From IMG/VR virus record IMGVR_UViG_3300035547_000103, positions 1-30,307 of that record: 30,307 bases of DNA, one strand, 5' to 3'. This stretch comes from a virus (Duplodnaviria > Caudoviricetes). The notes under the pieces were generated by a model. It was not told the DNA's origin and searched no databases. It saw nothing but the letters and a program-made list of their open reading frames with translations. Shown here in pieces: positions 6,982 through 15,730 of this stretch (position 1 is the stretch's first letter; each line of letters opens with the position of its first letter). The position numbers and the translations under genes were made by a program.

Positions 6982-7383
6982 TTACGATTTATTCAATTCT
7001 TTTAAAATGCGAGGCAAATCATGTCCATTAAAGTCAAGCTCAACTTTGCAACGGTCGCAAGCGTATGGGAAAAATTTTTCCATAGAGCCAAGAGGCATTC
7101 TGCATCCCGGGCAATACACGGTCGGATGATAATCTCCACCAGGCGTTTTTCTTTTGAAAAGTGCCCCCATGTGTTCCGTAAATTCTTCAACAACAGATTT
7201 TTCTTTCACCTGTTTGCGAAGGCCTGCAATCTCAACCTGGCTATCGGCAAGGGTTTTTTGCAGATATCGACATTTTTCCTCCAGTTCGCTCACTTTGTCT
7301 TTAAAGAGCGCCAGCCGCTCTCGAAGAATTGAAGCGCTGCCATGTTCGTTTATTAAATTTTGCAGTTCTTTAACCAGGTTCAA
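6982..7383 (-). CDS. Coiled-coil plus C-terminal Zn-ribbon protein, downstream of cI
   Basis: AAAGGAGG SD; heptad-rich N-terminal half; CPGC...CDRC; visibly AT-rich. Confidence 0.8.
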   Translation of the reverse strand: MNLVKELQNLINEHGSASILRERLALFKDKVSELEEKCRYLQKTLADSQVEIAGLRKQVKEKSVVEEFTEHMGALFKRKTPGGDYHPTVYCPGCRMPLGSMEKFFPYACDRCKVELDFNGHDLPRILKELNKS

Positions 7384-7487
7384 TAATGTGCCTCCTTTGT
7401 TTTTGATAGGGGAAACTACCTATATGCGCCTAAGGGTTTTCCCCAATTGAAACACTGTTAACTTTTCTGATAAAGGGTATGATCCGA

Positions 7488-8072
7488 CTATTGCCCTTGG
7501 TCGCTGCCGCCATCTCTTTTTTTGCGTTCGGCCTCCTGTTTTTTGGCCACGATCTCCTTTCTGGTCTCAATGTATTGAAGGATACCATTAAGCTCTAATG
7601 GGTCCATCGCTTCGAGTTCCACCAGCTCCTGGTTGATCTGGAGTGCCTTGTCTTTCTGCTGGAATTTCTCAACCACTTTCCAATGGAGATGGTCCAGGTC
7701 AATGACATTTTCATTTTCAGGCGGTGATCTCAAGGCGGCGAGAGACGCTTTCATTTCATTTCTGACAATCTCCCCTATTTGATTCCGCATATCGTTTTTA
7801 ATCGGATTGAGCTCATCCTGTCCAATGCGGATCGCCTCTGCATAGGACACCCCCGTGGCCGCTAATGCTTCTTGTCTAAGCTCAAAAGGGAATTTTTGAA
7901 AATACCTTTCACCGCTTTCTTTTGTCCGCCCGGTTAAAATATAGCTCAACTTAGATGCCGACATGTTCAGCTTTTTGGCAAGCTGTTTTCTGTTCATCCC
8001 CCGGTTATCAGCCAGGTACTTTCTCAACCAGGCGCGGAAAATTTCTTCATCATTTTTCATAATTTTTAACAT
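7488..8072 (-). CDS. CI-like immunity repressor (N-terminal HTH)
   Basis: GMNRKQLAKKLNMSASKLSYILTG HTH; divergent from the cro-like gene. Confidence 0.8.
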   Translation of the reverse strand: MLKIMKNDEEIFRAWLRKYLADNRGMNRKQLAKKLNMSASKLSYILTGRTKESGERYFQKFPFELRQEALAATGVSYAEAIRIGQDELNPIKNDMRNQIGEIVRNEMKASLAALRSPPENENVIDLDHLHWKVVEKFQQKDKALQINQELVELEAMDPLELNGILQYIETRKEIVAKKQEAERKKRDGGSDQGQ

Positions 8073-8132
8073 ACTGCACCCCTATTTAAAGGTCAAAGGC
8101 AATCTATGTTAAGTATTTTCAGACGCTTGTAT

Positions 8133-8187
8133 AATTATTTTCATTTTGAAAAAAAGTGTTGACAGATGAAAATAATTCCCGTAAATT
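8133..8187 (+). promoter_or_regulatory. Rightward early promoter (pR-like) with inverted-repeat operator
   Basis: TTGACA (8159-8164), 17-bp spacer, TAAATT (8182-8187). A 12-bp inverted repeat AATTATTTTCAT (8133-8144) / ATGAAAATAATT (8166-8177) flanks the -35 box. Confidence 0.75.
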
Positions 8188-8193
8188 AACGCC

Positions 8194-8397
8194 ATGAAAA
8201 TCAAACAAAAACATATTTGCAAAAGATACGGGCTAAGCCCTGCCATAGTCTCCCTGACGCTTTCAGGCAAGCGAGCAGTGTCGTGGCCATGGGCAATAAA
8301 GCTGGCAGAAGACTTTCCGGGGAAAACAGTCGTCCAGTGGAAAGAGGCAACCCCAGAAGATTTAAAGCGGGCGTTTGCCCAACATGAGGAGGCATAA
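8194..8397 (+). CDS. Cro-like HTH regulator
   Basis: 67 aa, KQKHICKRYGLSPAIVSLTLSGKR HTH; first gene of the rightward operon. Confidence 0.8.
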   Translation: MKIKQKHICKRYGLSPAIVSLTLSGKRAVSWPWAIKLAEDFPGKTVVQWKEATPEDLKRAFAQHEEA

Positions 8398-9129
8398 ATG
8401 TCAAAAGAATTGGTAGAGATTAAAGGCAAGGCCGTGGTCACAGACTCTTTGACTGTGGCTGAGAACTTCGGGAAACGGCACGACGATGTTTTAAAAAAAA
8501 TCAAAAACATCATGTTGGATGACGAAGAAGATCGCCTCAATTTTGCGGAGATGTCATACCCAGATTCATACGGTCGAGAGCAGAAAAAATACATCATGGA
8601 CCGCCGCTCTTTTTCAATTCTCTGCATGAGCTTCACCGGCAAAAAAGCATTGAGGTGGAAAAACCGTTTTTACGATGCCTTCGAGGCGATGGAAAAGGCC
8701 CTTGTCCAGATGTCTGTTCAGAAACAGTCTGATTCTTGGGTCGCCCAAAGACAAGCCGGAAAGCTGATCAGGCGCGAACAGACGGACACCATTCAAAAAT
8801 TTGTTGAGTATGCAACCGGCCAGGGCAGCACCCAGGCCAACCGCTATTACTGCAACATAACCAAAATGGAAAACCAGGCCCTTTTCCTCCTGGAGCAGAG
8901 ATTTCAAAATTTGCTGGAAATATTGGACCTGAATCAGCTTGGGCTTGTCAGAACCGCCGACAGCATTGTGAAAAAGGCTCTCCAGGATGGAATGACAGAC
9001 GGCCTTTTTTACAAAGACATCTACAAGCTGGCCAAACACAGAATCGAAACCCTGGCCGACATTCACGGCAAAACATACATACCTGCCAGTCAAATCAACC
9101 ACCATTACAGACAAGCAATAGGGGCTTAG
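8398..9129 (+). CDS. rha: Rha-family phage regulatory protein
   Basis: TDSLTVAENFGKRHDDVLKKI...YPDSYGREQKKYIMDRRSFSILCMSFTGKKALRWK...AFEAME. Confidence 0.9.
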   Translation: MSKELVEIKGKAVVTDSLTVAENFGKRHDDVLKKIKNIMLDDEEDRLNFAEMSYPDSYGREQKKYIMDRRSFSILCMSFTGKKALRWKNRFYDAFEAMEKALVQMSVQKQSDSWVAQRQAGKLIRREQTDTIQKFVEYATGQGSTQANRYYCNITKMENQALFLLEQRFQNLLEILDLNQLGLVRTADSIVKKALQDGMTDGLFYKDIYKLAKHRIETLADIHGKTYIPASQINHHYRQAIGA

Positions 9130-9246
9130 GGCCAAGGACCAGTCCATGTCTTTTTTATCAGCTAAAAAAAGCATATCGGTTTTCATAATCTGGTTCTCCT
9201 TATTGTCACATTAACCGAACCCAACAAGCAATGCGAGGTCAAAACA

Positions 9247-9711
9247 ATGGCAAAACAGACCACACTCCCCATTAAAACCTGGCAATTCTATCACGCCTGC
9301 AAACACCACCTGGGCGTTGCTACCATCCAGAAGCTGTTCAAGGTCTCACCCCGCCAGATCGACCGGTGGGCCTGTGACCCCGATTTTGCCGAATCGTCTC
9401 AAAGAAACCCCATGGACCGGTATGAAACCTTGCTGAAAAAGCTGATGGAGCTGGGCGCTGTCGATGTAGCCCGGGCAACGGTGGACCGCCAGGCAGCCAT
9501 TGTCGGTTGTTCGCTGCAATGCGAGGGCGATGTTGTGCCGGACAAGGAGACGCTTGAAGCCGAGTGCCTGGATGACCTGCCGGCCCTGGCCGTCCTTCAC
9601 CGGGCGATGCTGAACAAGGAGCCGATCCAGGTGGTCAATGACCTGGCGCGTAAAGCCATAAAAGACATCAAAGAAGACCTGGTTCTGTACCAGGAAAATA
9701 ACAACCAATAA
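9247..9711 (+). CDS. CII-like regulatory protein (putative)
   Basis: HTH-like IQKLFKVSPRQIDRWA...RNPMDR; position after cro/rha; GAGG SD. Confidence 0.55.
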   Translation: MAKQTTLPIKTWQFYHACKHHLGVATIQKLFKVSPRQIDRWACDPDFAESSQRNPMDRYETLLKKLMELGAVDVARATVDRQAAIVGCSLQCEGDVVPDKETLEAECLDDLPALAVLHRAMLNKEPIQVVNDLARKAIKDIKEDLVLYQENNNQ

Positions 9712-9717
9712 TAGGAT

Positions 9718-9753
9718 GGTCCGGGGGCGCTGTGTGATGACAGCACCCGGACC
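9718..9753 (+). repeat. GC-rich hairpin containing copy 2 (9718-9739) of the 22-bp repeat
   Basis: GGTCCGGG-GGC-GCTGT / loop GTGATG / ACAGC-A-CCCGGACC; directly before the SD of the 9766 gene; no U-tract. Confidence 0.85.
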
Positions 9754-9765
9754 GAAAGGAGTTCA

Positions 9766-9963
9766 ATGAAACAGGCAATCACAGCAATTTCAGCATTCAT
9801 CGCAATCATCGGTCTAAACATGGCCGGGGCCGAAGCAGACGTCAACCAGTTGGTTGTCAATTTGTCCGGGCTGGTTTTGACTGTGATCGGTGGGCTGGTG
9901 ATCTGGCTGGTGAATCGCCGCCAGCCCGGGTGGGAAATCAACGAAACAATCAACAGGAGGTAG
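9766..9963 (+). CDS. Small two-TM membrane protein
   Basis: AAAGGAG SD; two hydrophobic segments. Confidence 0.7.
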   Translation: MKQAITAISAFIAIIGLNMAGAEADVNQLVVNLSGLVLTVIGGLVIWLVNRRQPGWEINETINRR

Positions 9964-9965
9964 CA

Positions 9966-10364
9966 ATGTCAGAAATAAAGACTGTAAAAAGAACCGAATA
10001 CATCAAATACGTCTTTTCAGATGAAGAAAAGACCGAAATGGCCGGTGAAATGGCCCAGGCAATCAACGAAAAAGAATCTGCAGAACAGAAGCTCAAAGAA
10101 GTCCAGAAGGGCATCAAAGCCGAAATCGAAGCATGTCAGACGCGAATCAATACACTGTCCCGCCATTACAGTGCCGGTCACACATACCGGAACTGTCCCT
10201 GTGACGTTGAATATGATTTTACAGAAAAACAGGTCCGGACCTACCGCGAGGACACCGGGGAGCTGGTGGCCAGCAGGCCGATAAAAGCCAACGAGCTTCA
10301 AATTGAAATTTTCGACGATAATGCGATCACTGCGCCTGCGGAAGAACCGGAGGAGGTGTATTGA
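9966..10364 (+). CDS. Phage hypothetical protein
   Basis: AGGAGG SD; coiled coil followed by C...YDF...TYREDTGELV. Confidence 0.75.
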   Translation: MSEIKTVKRTEYIKYVFSDEEKTEMAGEMAQAINEKESAEQKLKEVQKGIKAEIEACQTRINTLSRHYSAGHTYRNCPCDVEYDFTEKQVRTYREDTGELVASRPIKANELQIEIFDDNAITAPAEEPEEVY

Positions 10365-10573
10365 TGGCAACATTCAACATCAAATGCGGCATATGCGGCC
10401 AGGACATGGCCGTCAAGCCGGACGTGAGCGAGGACGGAGGTTTGGTGTTTTTGGCTACCTGTCCGGGGTGCCAGCAGATGAACAAGGTCATCGGTGATCT
10501 GGAGGACACCAATTTTGATCTGGCTGTGGAGCTGGGGAAGTATGTGCGAAAGGAGCTGTCCCATGAAAATTAA
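10364..10573 (+). CDS. Small Zn-ribbon protein
   Basis: CGIC...CPGC; coupled to both neighbours. Confidence 0.65.
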   Translation: MATFNIKCGICGQDMAVKPDVSEDGGLVFLATCPGCQQMNKVIGDLEDTNFDLAVELGKYVRKELSHEN

Positions 10574-12503
10574 ACTGCAAAACCTTTATATCCAGAACTT
10601 TAAAGGCATTCCGGAATTCAACATTGTGGCTGCCGGGGAAAACCTAAGCATCACCGGCCAGAACGCCAGCGGAAAGACTACCGTGGCAGATGCTTTTTCC
10701 TGGTGTCTGTTCGGCAAGGATTCAAACGGCCAGGCGCAGTTCAGCATTAAGCCCCTGGATGAAGCCGGGCAGGATATCCACAACCTGGAAACGGTGGTTG
10801 AAGCGATTCTTTCCATTGACGGCAGGGACATGTCCCTGCGGAAAAGGTTCGAGGAAAAGTACACAAAAGCCCGAGGTTCAGCAAAGAAAGAATTTCAAGG
10901 CCATACCACAGACCATTTTATAGATGGCGTGCCGCTGAAAAAGAAAGACTATGATGCCAGGGTGGCGGACCTCTTTTCCCTGGAACAATTCAACCTGGTC
11001 ACCAACCCCGCCGCCTTCAACGCCCTGCACTGGACCAAACGCCGGGAGATCCTGTTGTCTATGTGCGACACAGTGCAGCCCGACGATGTGGCCGGCAGTG
11101 ACAAAGATCTAAAGCCCTTCCTTGACAAACTGAATGGCAGCAGCCTGGATGATTTTAAAGCCCGTCTGAAATCACAGCAAAAAGAAATAAACGATGAGCT
11201 CAAAGAGATCCCGGTCCGCATCCAGGAGCACCAAAACACCTTGCAATCTGCCAAGGCCCCCGACCAGGCCAAAAAGAAATCCCTGGATTATAATTTAAAA
11301 GAGGCCAGGGAAAAGCTGCGGCAGATCGAAAACAACGAGCGCCTTTCCGCTCTCCAGGTGCGCCGCAATGAAATCAATGCCGCCATCCTTGAAAAACAAT
11401 CAGCGGCAGGCCCCGGCATCGAAGAACAGCGAAAACCGATCAGAGAGCAGATCGAAAAGAAGGGCCAGCAGCTGCGGGATGTCAAGAACCGGATACAGTC
11501 CCTGCAGGACGAAATCACCCGCGATGAAAACAGAAACCGTCTTTCCCGGGAAGCTCTGGAAACCATGCGGACCGAATGGCAGCAGATCAAGGCCCGGGAA
11601 TATGACGGCAGCGAATCCTGCCCCACCTGCGGCCAGGATCTGCCTGCTGAAAAAATCGCCGATGCTGTTGCCAAATTCAACCAGGACAAGGCCCGGGACC
11701 TGAAACAGAACGAGGAAAAAGGCCGGGAGATTGCAGCCGGAACAACCGGCCGGCAGAACGCCATTGATGCGGCAAAGGCTAAGATTGGTGATCAACAGAA
11801 GATTGCTGACCGGTTGAAAAAAGAGATTGACCGGCTGGATCAGGAGTATGCCGACGTGCAGCCGGTGGCGGTTGATACCAGGGAGATGGATCAGGAGCTG
11901 GTCAATGTTGATGCTGAGATCGAGGCGATCAAATCCGGATCCGGCATCCAGGGGCGGGACATCAAAGCTAAAATCGAAAAGCTGGAAATCGAGATTGAGT
12001 ATTGGAACCAGGCCGATGCTGATTACCGGTCCGCCCAAAAATCCGGTGACCGCGTGAAGGAGCTGGAAGCGCAGGAAAAGAAACTGGCCGCTGCATACGA
12101 GACCCTGGAAGCTGATTTGTTTCTGGCTGAGCGGTTCACTGTCAGGCAGGCGGAGATGATCGAGGATAAGGCGAATGAGCTGTTTTCCCTGGTCAAATGG
12201 AAGCTGTTTGATAATCAGATCAACGGCGGGGTTAGCGAAACGTGTGTTGCCACATATCGCGGGGTTCCCTATCCGGACCTGAATACCGGGGCCCGGGTGC
12301 AAGTCGGGCTGGATATCATTAATACGCTGTCAAGGCATTATGACCTGGTGGCACCGGTATGGTTGGACAACAGAGAATCGGTTACCTGGCTGCCGGAGAT
12401 CGATGCCCAGGTTATCAGCATGAAGGTGGTTGACCGGAGAGACAAAGATTTTAACAAAATCGATGGATTGTTTATTGAAAATGAGGATGAACAGCATGCC
12501 TAA
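10563..12503 (+). CDS. SbcC/Rad50-like ATPase
   Basis: IQNFKG, Walker A GQNASGKTT, long coiled coils around a Zn hook CPTCGQ, signature-like LNTG, Walker B-like VWLDNRES. Confidence 0.88.
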   Translation: MKIKLQNLYIQNFKGIPEFNIVAAGENLSITGQNASGKTTVADAFSWCLFGKDSNGQAQFSIKPLDEAGQDIHNLETVVEAILSIDGRDMSLRKRFEEKYTKARGSAKKEFQGHTTDHFIDGVPLKKKDYDARVADLFSLEQFNLVTNPAAFNALHWTKRREILLSMCDTVQPDDVAGSDKDLKPFLDKLNGSSLDDFKARLKSQQKEINDELKEIPVRIQEHQNTLQSAKAPDQAKKKSLDYNLKEAREKLRQIENNERLSALQVRRNEINAAILEKQSAAGPGIEEQRKPIREQIEKKGQQLRDVKNRIQSLQDEITRDENRNRLSREALETMRTEWQQIKAREYDGSESCPTCGQDLPAEKIADAVAKFNQDKARDLKQNEEKGREIAAGTTGRQNAIDAAKAKIGDQQKIADRLKKEIDRLDQEYADVQPVAVDTREMDQELVNVDAEIEAIKSGSGIQGRDIKAKIEKLEIEIEYWNQADADYRSAQKSGDRVKELEAQEKKLAAAYETLEADLFLAERFTVRQAEMIEDKANELFSLVKWKLFDNQINGGVSETCVATYRGVPYPDLNTGARVQVGLDIINTLSRHYDLVAPVWLDNRESVTWLPEIDAQVISMKVVDRRDKDFNKIDGLFIENEDEQHA

Positions 12504-12562
12504 AAAAGTAATGTTCCTTGGAAAAAAATTTAACGACGCATCATTCAAGGAGGTATAGCAGC

Positions 12563-13429
12563 ATGACAAACCTACCCGCAATAAGAAAAACCCTCACCAG
12601 CGAAAACATGCAGGCCACCATCCGCCAGCGGATCGGCCAGAAGGCTGGAACATTCACCACATCTTTGCTCGATGTCATCGGCGACACACCGGCCCTTCAG
12701 CAGTGTGATCCTGCTCTGGTGGTCAAGGAGGCCCTCAAGGCAGCTGCGCTGGATCTGCCCATCAATAAGAACCTGGGATTTGCCTATGTGATCCCGTACA
12801 ACGAATCCCGCAAGGACGGCAATAAATGGATAAAGGAAATGCGGCCGTCTTTTCAGATGGGGTACAAAGGTTTTATCCAGCTGGCTATCCGTACCGGTCA
12901 ATTTAAGCACCTGAATGCAGGTGTTGTTTACAAGGGCGAGGAGATGGTTGAGGACCGGATCAAAGGCACAGTCCAGATTTTTGGAGAGCGCACCGGTGAT
13001 AAGGTGGTTGGATACTTCGCCTACATGCAGCTGGTGAATGGCTTTGAAAAGGCAGTTGCCTGGACAGCTGACATGGTTGTCAAGCATGCAGAGAAGTTTT
13101 CAAAATCCTACAGCGGCAAAAACTCACCCTGGAAAACCGACTTTGACGCCATGGCCAAAAAGACCATGATCCTGCAGCTCAAGAATTACATGCCCATGAC
13201 AATCGAAATGAGCCAGGCCATGGCTGCCGATTACTCAGACACCAGGCCGTCACCGGAGCATGAAGCCGACCGGCAGGCCAACCAGGAATATATCGACATT
13301 GAACCGGTTCAGGAAAAAGTCAACACACAGGAGCCAGATCATGTTCCCGACGACGGGGAAATGACCGATGAGGAAAAGGCGGAGATTCTGGAGCATGAGG
13401 CGAAAGAGGCGGCTGAGGCTCCGTATTGA
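12563..13429 (+). CDS. recT: RecT-family ssDNA annealing recombinase
   Basis: KAAALDLPINKNLGFAYVIPY...FQMGYKGFIQLAIRTGQ...SPWKTDFDAMAKKT; AAGGAGG SD. Confidence 0.93.
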   Translation: MTNLPAIRKTLTSENMQATIRQRIGQKAGTFTTSLLDVIGDTPALQQCDPALVVKEALKAAALDLPINKNLGFAYVIPYNESRKDGNKWIKEMRPSFQMGYKGFIQLAIRTGQFKHLNAGVVYKGEEMVEDRIKGTVQIFGERTGDKVVGYFAYMQLVNGFEKAVAWTADMVVKHAEKFSKSYSGKNSPWKTDFDAMAKKTMILQLKNYMPMTIEMSQAMAADYSDTRPSPEHEADRQANQEYIDIEPVQEKVNTQEPDHVPDDGEMTDEEKAEILEHEAKEAAEAPY

Positions 13430-13785
13430 TGCCAGTAGTCTACAGGATACAGGATAAGCACGGCAGGTGGCCATGGAAACCCGGCTTTTCCCATAAATGG
13501 GTTGAAAGCCGGGATGACCATAAAAACCTTTTGCCCTCATATCAGGACTTTTCAACAATCTTTTTTGGACTGCTACGGCCACATATTGGGTGTGGTTGTG
13601 CCACTATTGAGCAGCTGCAAAGATGGTTTACGGAATCGGAATATAAAACACTGATGAATTATGGATATATGGCCGTGAAGCTCAATGTGGATGAAATCAT
13701 AGCGAAGTCTGACACGCAGCTGTTGTTTAGGCGCAACCTGCCTTTGAGAAAGAAGGTTGTTAGAGTGAGGCTGTATGATGCCTGA
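13429..13785 (+). CDS. Phage hypothetical protein
   Basis: TGATG-coupled to recT; VYRIQD...GCGCATIEQLQRWF. Confidence 0.7.
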   Translation: MPVVYRIQDKHGRWPWKPGFSHKWVESRDDHKNLLPSYQDFSTIFFGLLRPHIGCGCATIEQLQRWFTESEYKTLMNYGYMAVKLNVDEIIAKSDTQLLFRRNLPLRKKVVRVRLYDA

Positions 13786-13987
13786 AAATGTGCCAAATAT
13801 AGAACGCCGCGATACGTTCTGGCATTACGCCGGCGTGATTAATTCTTATGACCGCTTGCATGAGCGGTGCCGGATCGCCCGTGCCAAGTATGACATCCAG
13901 TTTGGCAAAGGTCGGTTCCGGCGCATGAGGCGGTATCGTGACCCCAGGACCGGGGAAATCAGAAAGACCGTGGAGGTGTGGATATGA
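13775..13987 (+). CDS. Small basic hypothetical protein
   Basis: Overlaps both neighbours in the operon; GAGG SD. Confidence 0.55.
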   Translation: MMPENVPNIERRDTFWHYAGVINSYDRLHERCRIARAKYDIQFGKGRFRRMRRYRDPRTGEIRKTVEVWI

Positions 13988-14202
13988 GTAAAATAAAAAG
14001 CATTACGATTATAAAAAACCCTGCTGAAAAAGTTTTCAGTGTCGGGGATGTGTGTTCCGGTCTTGAAATAGCCAGTATTGAAAATTATTCCCAGGAATTT
14101 CCGGACGGCTGGAACAATTCATACATAGGCTTCACAAAAGACAGAAAGATGGTGTTTGAAGCTCTAAACGCCTCTGTTCTGATTAATTACGAGCTTGATT
14201 AA
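13984..14202 (+). CDS. Small hypothetical protein
   Basis: GGAGG SD; ATGA and TAATG coupling. Confidence 0.65.
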   Translation: MSKIKSITIIKNPAEKVFSVGDVCSGLEIASIENYSQEFPDGWNNSYIGFTKDRKMVFEALNASVLINYELD

Positions 14203-14924
14203 TGATTGACATCCAGGTTCATGCCTCTGGATCTTCTGGAAATTTATACCGCATTTCAGACGGAACCACCATACTGATGCTGGAATGCGGGTTACGTTTC
14301 CGGGAGATCCGGCAGGCGTTCAAATTTCAACTTTCCGGGGTGGATGGGTGCCTGCTATCCCATTGCCACCAGGACCACTCCAAATCAGCAAAAGACCTAA
14401 TGAAAGCCGGGGTACCGGTCTATATGTCAGCCGGGACAGCCGATCAATTATCACTAACCAGGCACAGGGCAAAAATAGTAAAACCGTTGATTAAATTTGA
14501 TGTTGGTGGTTTTACTGTTTTGCCGTTTCCTACCGAGCATGATTCAGCGGAGCCTTTTGGCTTTTTAGTAAAATCCAAATCCGGTGAAAAGCTGCTGTTT
14601 ATCACCGATTCATATTATTGCAAATATCGTTTTGCTAACGTCAATTATTTTCTTATTGAGTGTAATTACAGCAAAGATATTTTGGCTGTAAATGTCGCCG
14701 CAGGTCTTGTCTCGCCGTCCATAGAATCACGCATCAAAAGAAGTCATTTTGAGCTTGAGCGCGTCAAGGCGTTTTTCCGGGCAAATGATCTGAGCAGGGC
14801 CAGGGGGATATGGTTGATTCATGTGAGTAGGGGGAATGGTGATCCGGAGCGGTTTAAATCGGAAATAGAAGCCATGACCGGGGTCCCGGTTTATGTGGCC
14901 GAGGCGGATGGTGGGGTTGTATGA
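14202..14924 (+). CDS. Metallo-beta-lactamase-fold hydrolase (likely exonuclease partner of RecT)
   Basis: SGSSGN, SHCHQDH (HxHxDH), HD, ITD, IECNY, SH, LIHVS. Confidence 0.9.
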   Translation: MIDIQVHASGSSGNLYRISDGTTILMLECGLRFREIRQAFKFQLSGVDGCLLSHCHQDHSKSAKDLMKAGVPVYMSAGTADQLSLTRHRAKIVKPLIKFDVGGFTVLPFPTEHDSAEPFGFLVKSKSGEKLLFITDSYYCKYRFANVNYFLIECNYSKDILAVNVAAGLVSPSIESRIKRSHFELERVKAFFRANDLSRARGIWLIHVSRGNGDPERFKSEIEAMTGVPVYVAEADGGVV

Positions 14925-15730
14925 GCGGGCCGCAAAAAGAAAACGGATACACGGCCATTGCAAATGAAATCATGGAGGCTTTGGCTGCGTATCGTCTACC
15001 TGGTGAACAAATGCAGTGCCTGTGCTTTATTTTGCGGAAAACTTATGGCTTTAACAAAAAGTCTGATGAGATCAGCTTAACACAGTTTGAAAATGCCACC
15101 GGAATGGCCCGTAAAAGCGTGACCAGGGCGCTTTCCGGGCTGGATGACAAAAATATTATCAAACGACAAGGGATCAAAAAACATAGGGGCAAAAAAGCCC
15201 CTACAATGACAACAAGATACACGTTCAACAAGCATTTCGAGACCTGGATAGGTAGGGGCAAAAAAGCCCCCCATAGGGGCAATTTTGTGCTAAAGGTAGG
15301 GGCAAAAACGCGTAACACAAAAGACAATATTACAAAAGACAGTGATATACTATCGTATATCACACCTGACAACTCCGATTTCTGTAAAAAATTCATTGAA
15401 TATATCAAAAACTCAAAAGCGAACCTTGCACCATCGGGTGCCGATCTTTTCAAAAAAAGCGCCGACACGGTTGATAAACTGATTCGGCTGGACGGCTTCG
15501 CCCTTGATTACATCAAACACGTCCTGTGGTTTGCGGTCAATGATGATTTTTGGTCAGACAATATCCTTTCCCTGGCCGGGCTCCGGCGTAAAACAGACGG
15601 CCTCACCAAGTTTCAAAAGATCGCCAACAGTTTTGAAAAATCCAAAAAGAAAAAAATAAACGGCAGCGCCAGGTCTGAACAAAACGCCCGGGCCTGCCAT
15701 GATTTTATTTATGGGGGAAGCGATGAATAA
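14921..15730 (+). CDS. Lambda O-like replication initiator
   Basis: ENGYTAIANEIMEAL...ILRKTYGFNKKSDEISLTQF; C-terminal DDFWSDNILSLAGLRRK; internal iterons. Confidence 0.88.
   Translation: MSGPQKENGYTAIANEIMEALAAYRLPGEQMQCLCFILRKTYGFNKKSDEISLTQFENATGMARKSVTRALSGLDDKNIIKRQGIKKHRGKKAPTMTTRYTFNKHFETWIGRGKKAPHRGNFVLKVGAKTRNTKDNITKDSDILSYITPDNSDFCKKFIEYIKNSKANLAPSGADLFKKSADTVDKLIRLDGFALDYIKHVLWFAVNDDFWSDNILSLAGLRRKTDGLTKFQKIANSFEKSKKKKINGSARSEQNARACHDFIYGGSDE
15184..15345 (+). repeat. Replication origin: four TAGGGGCAA iterons followed by an A-rich tract
   Basis: TAGGGGCAA at 15184, 15253, 15274 and 15297; the first two extend to TAGGGGCAAAAAAGCCCC. CAAAAGACA occurs twice downstream. Confidence 0.8.

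Noticed and set aside
9718-9753. Intrinsic terminator
   Set aside because: No U-tract follows the stem, an SD follows immediately, and half of it is duplicated at 5605.
11400-12302. 300-aa minus-strand ORF
   Set aside because: Antisense shadow of the coiled-coil ATPase.
15184-15310. Novel repeat array
   Set aside because: Explained as standard iterons inside a lambda O-type initiator gene.
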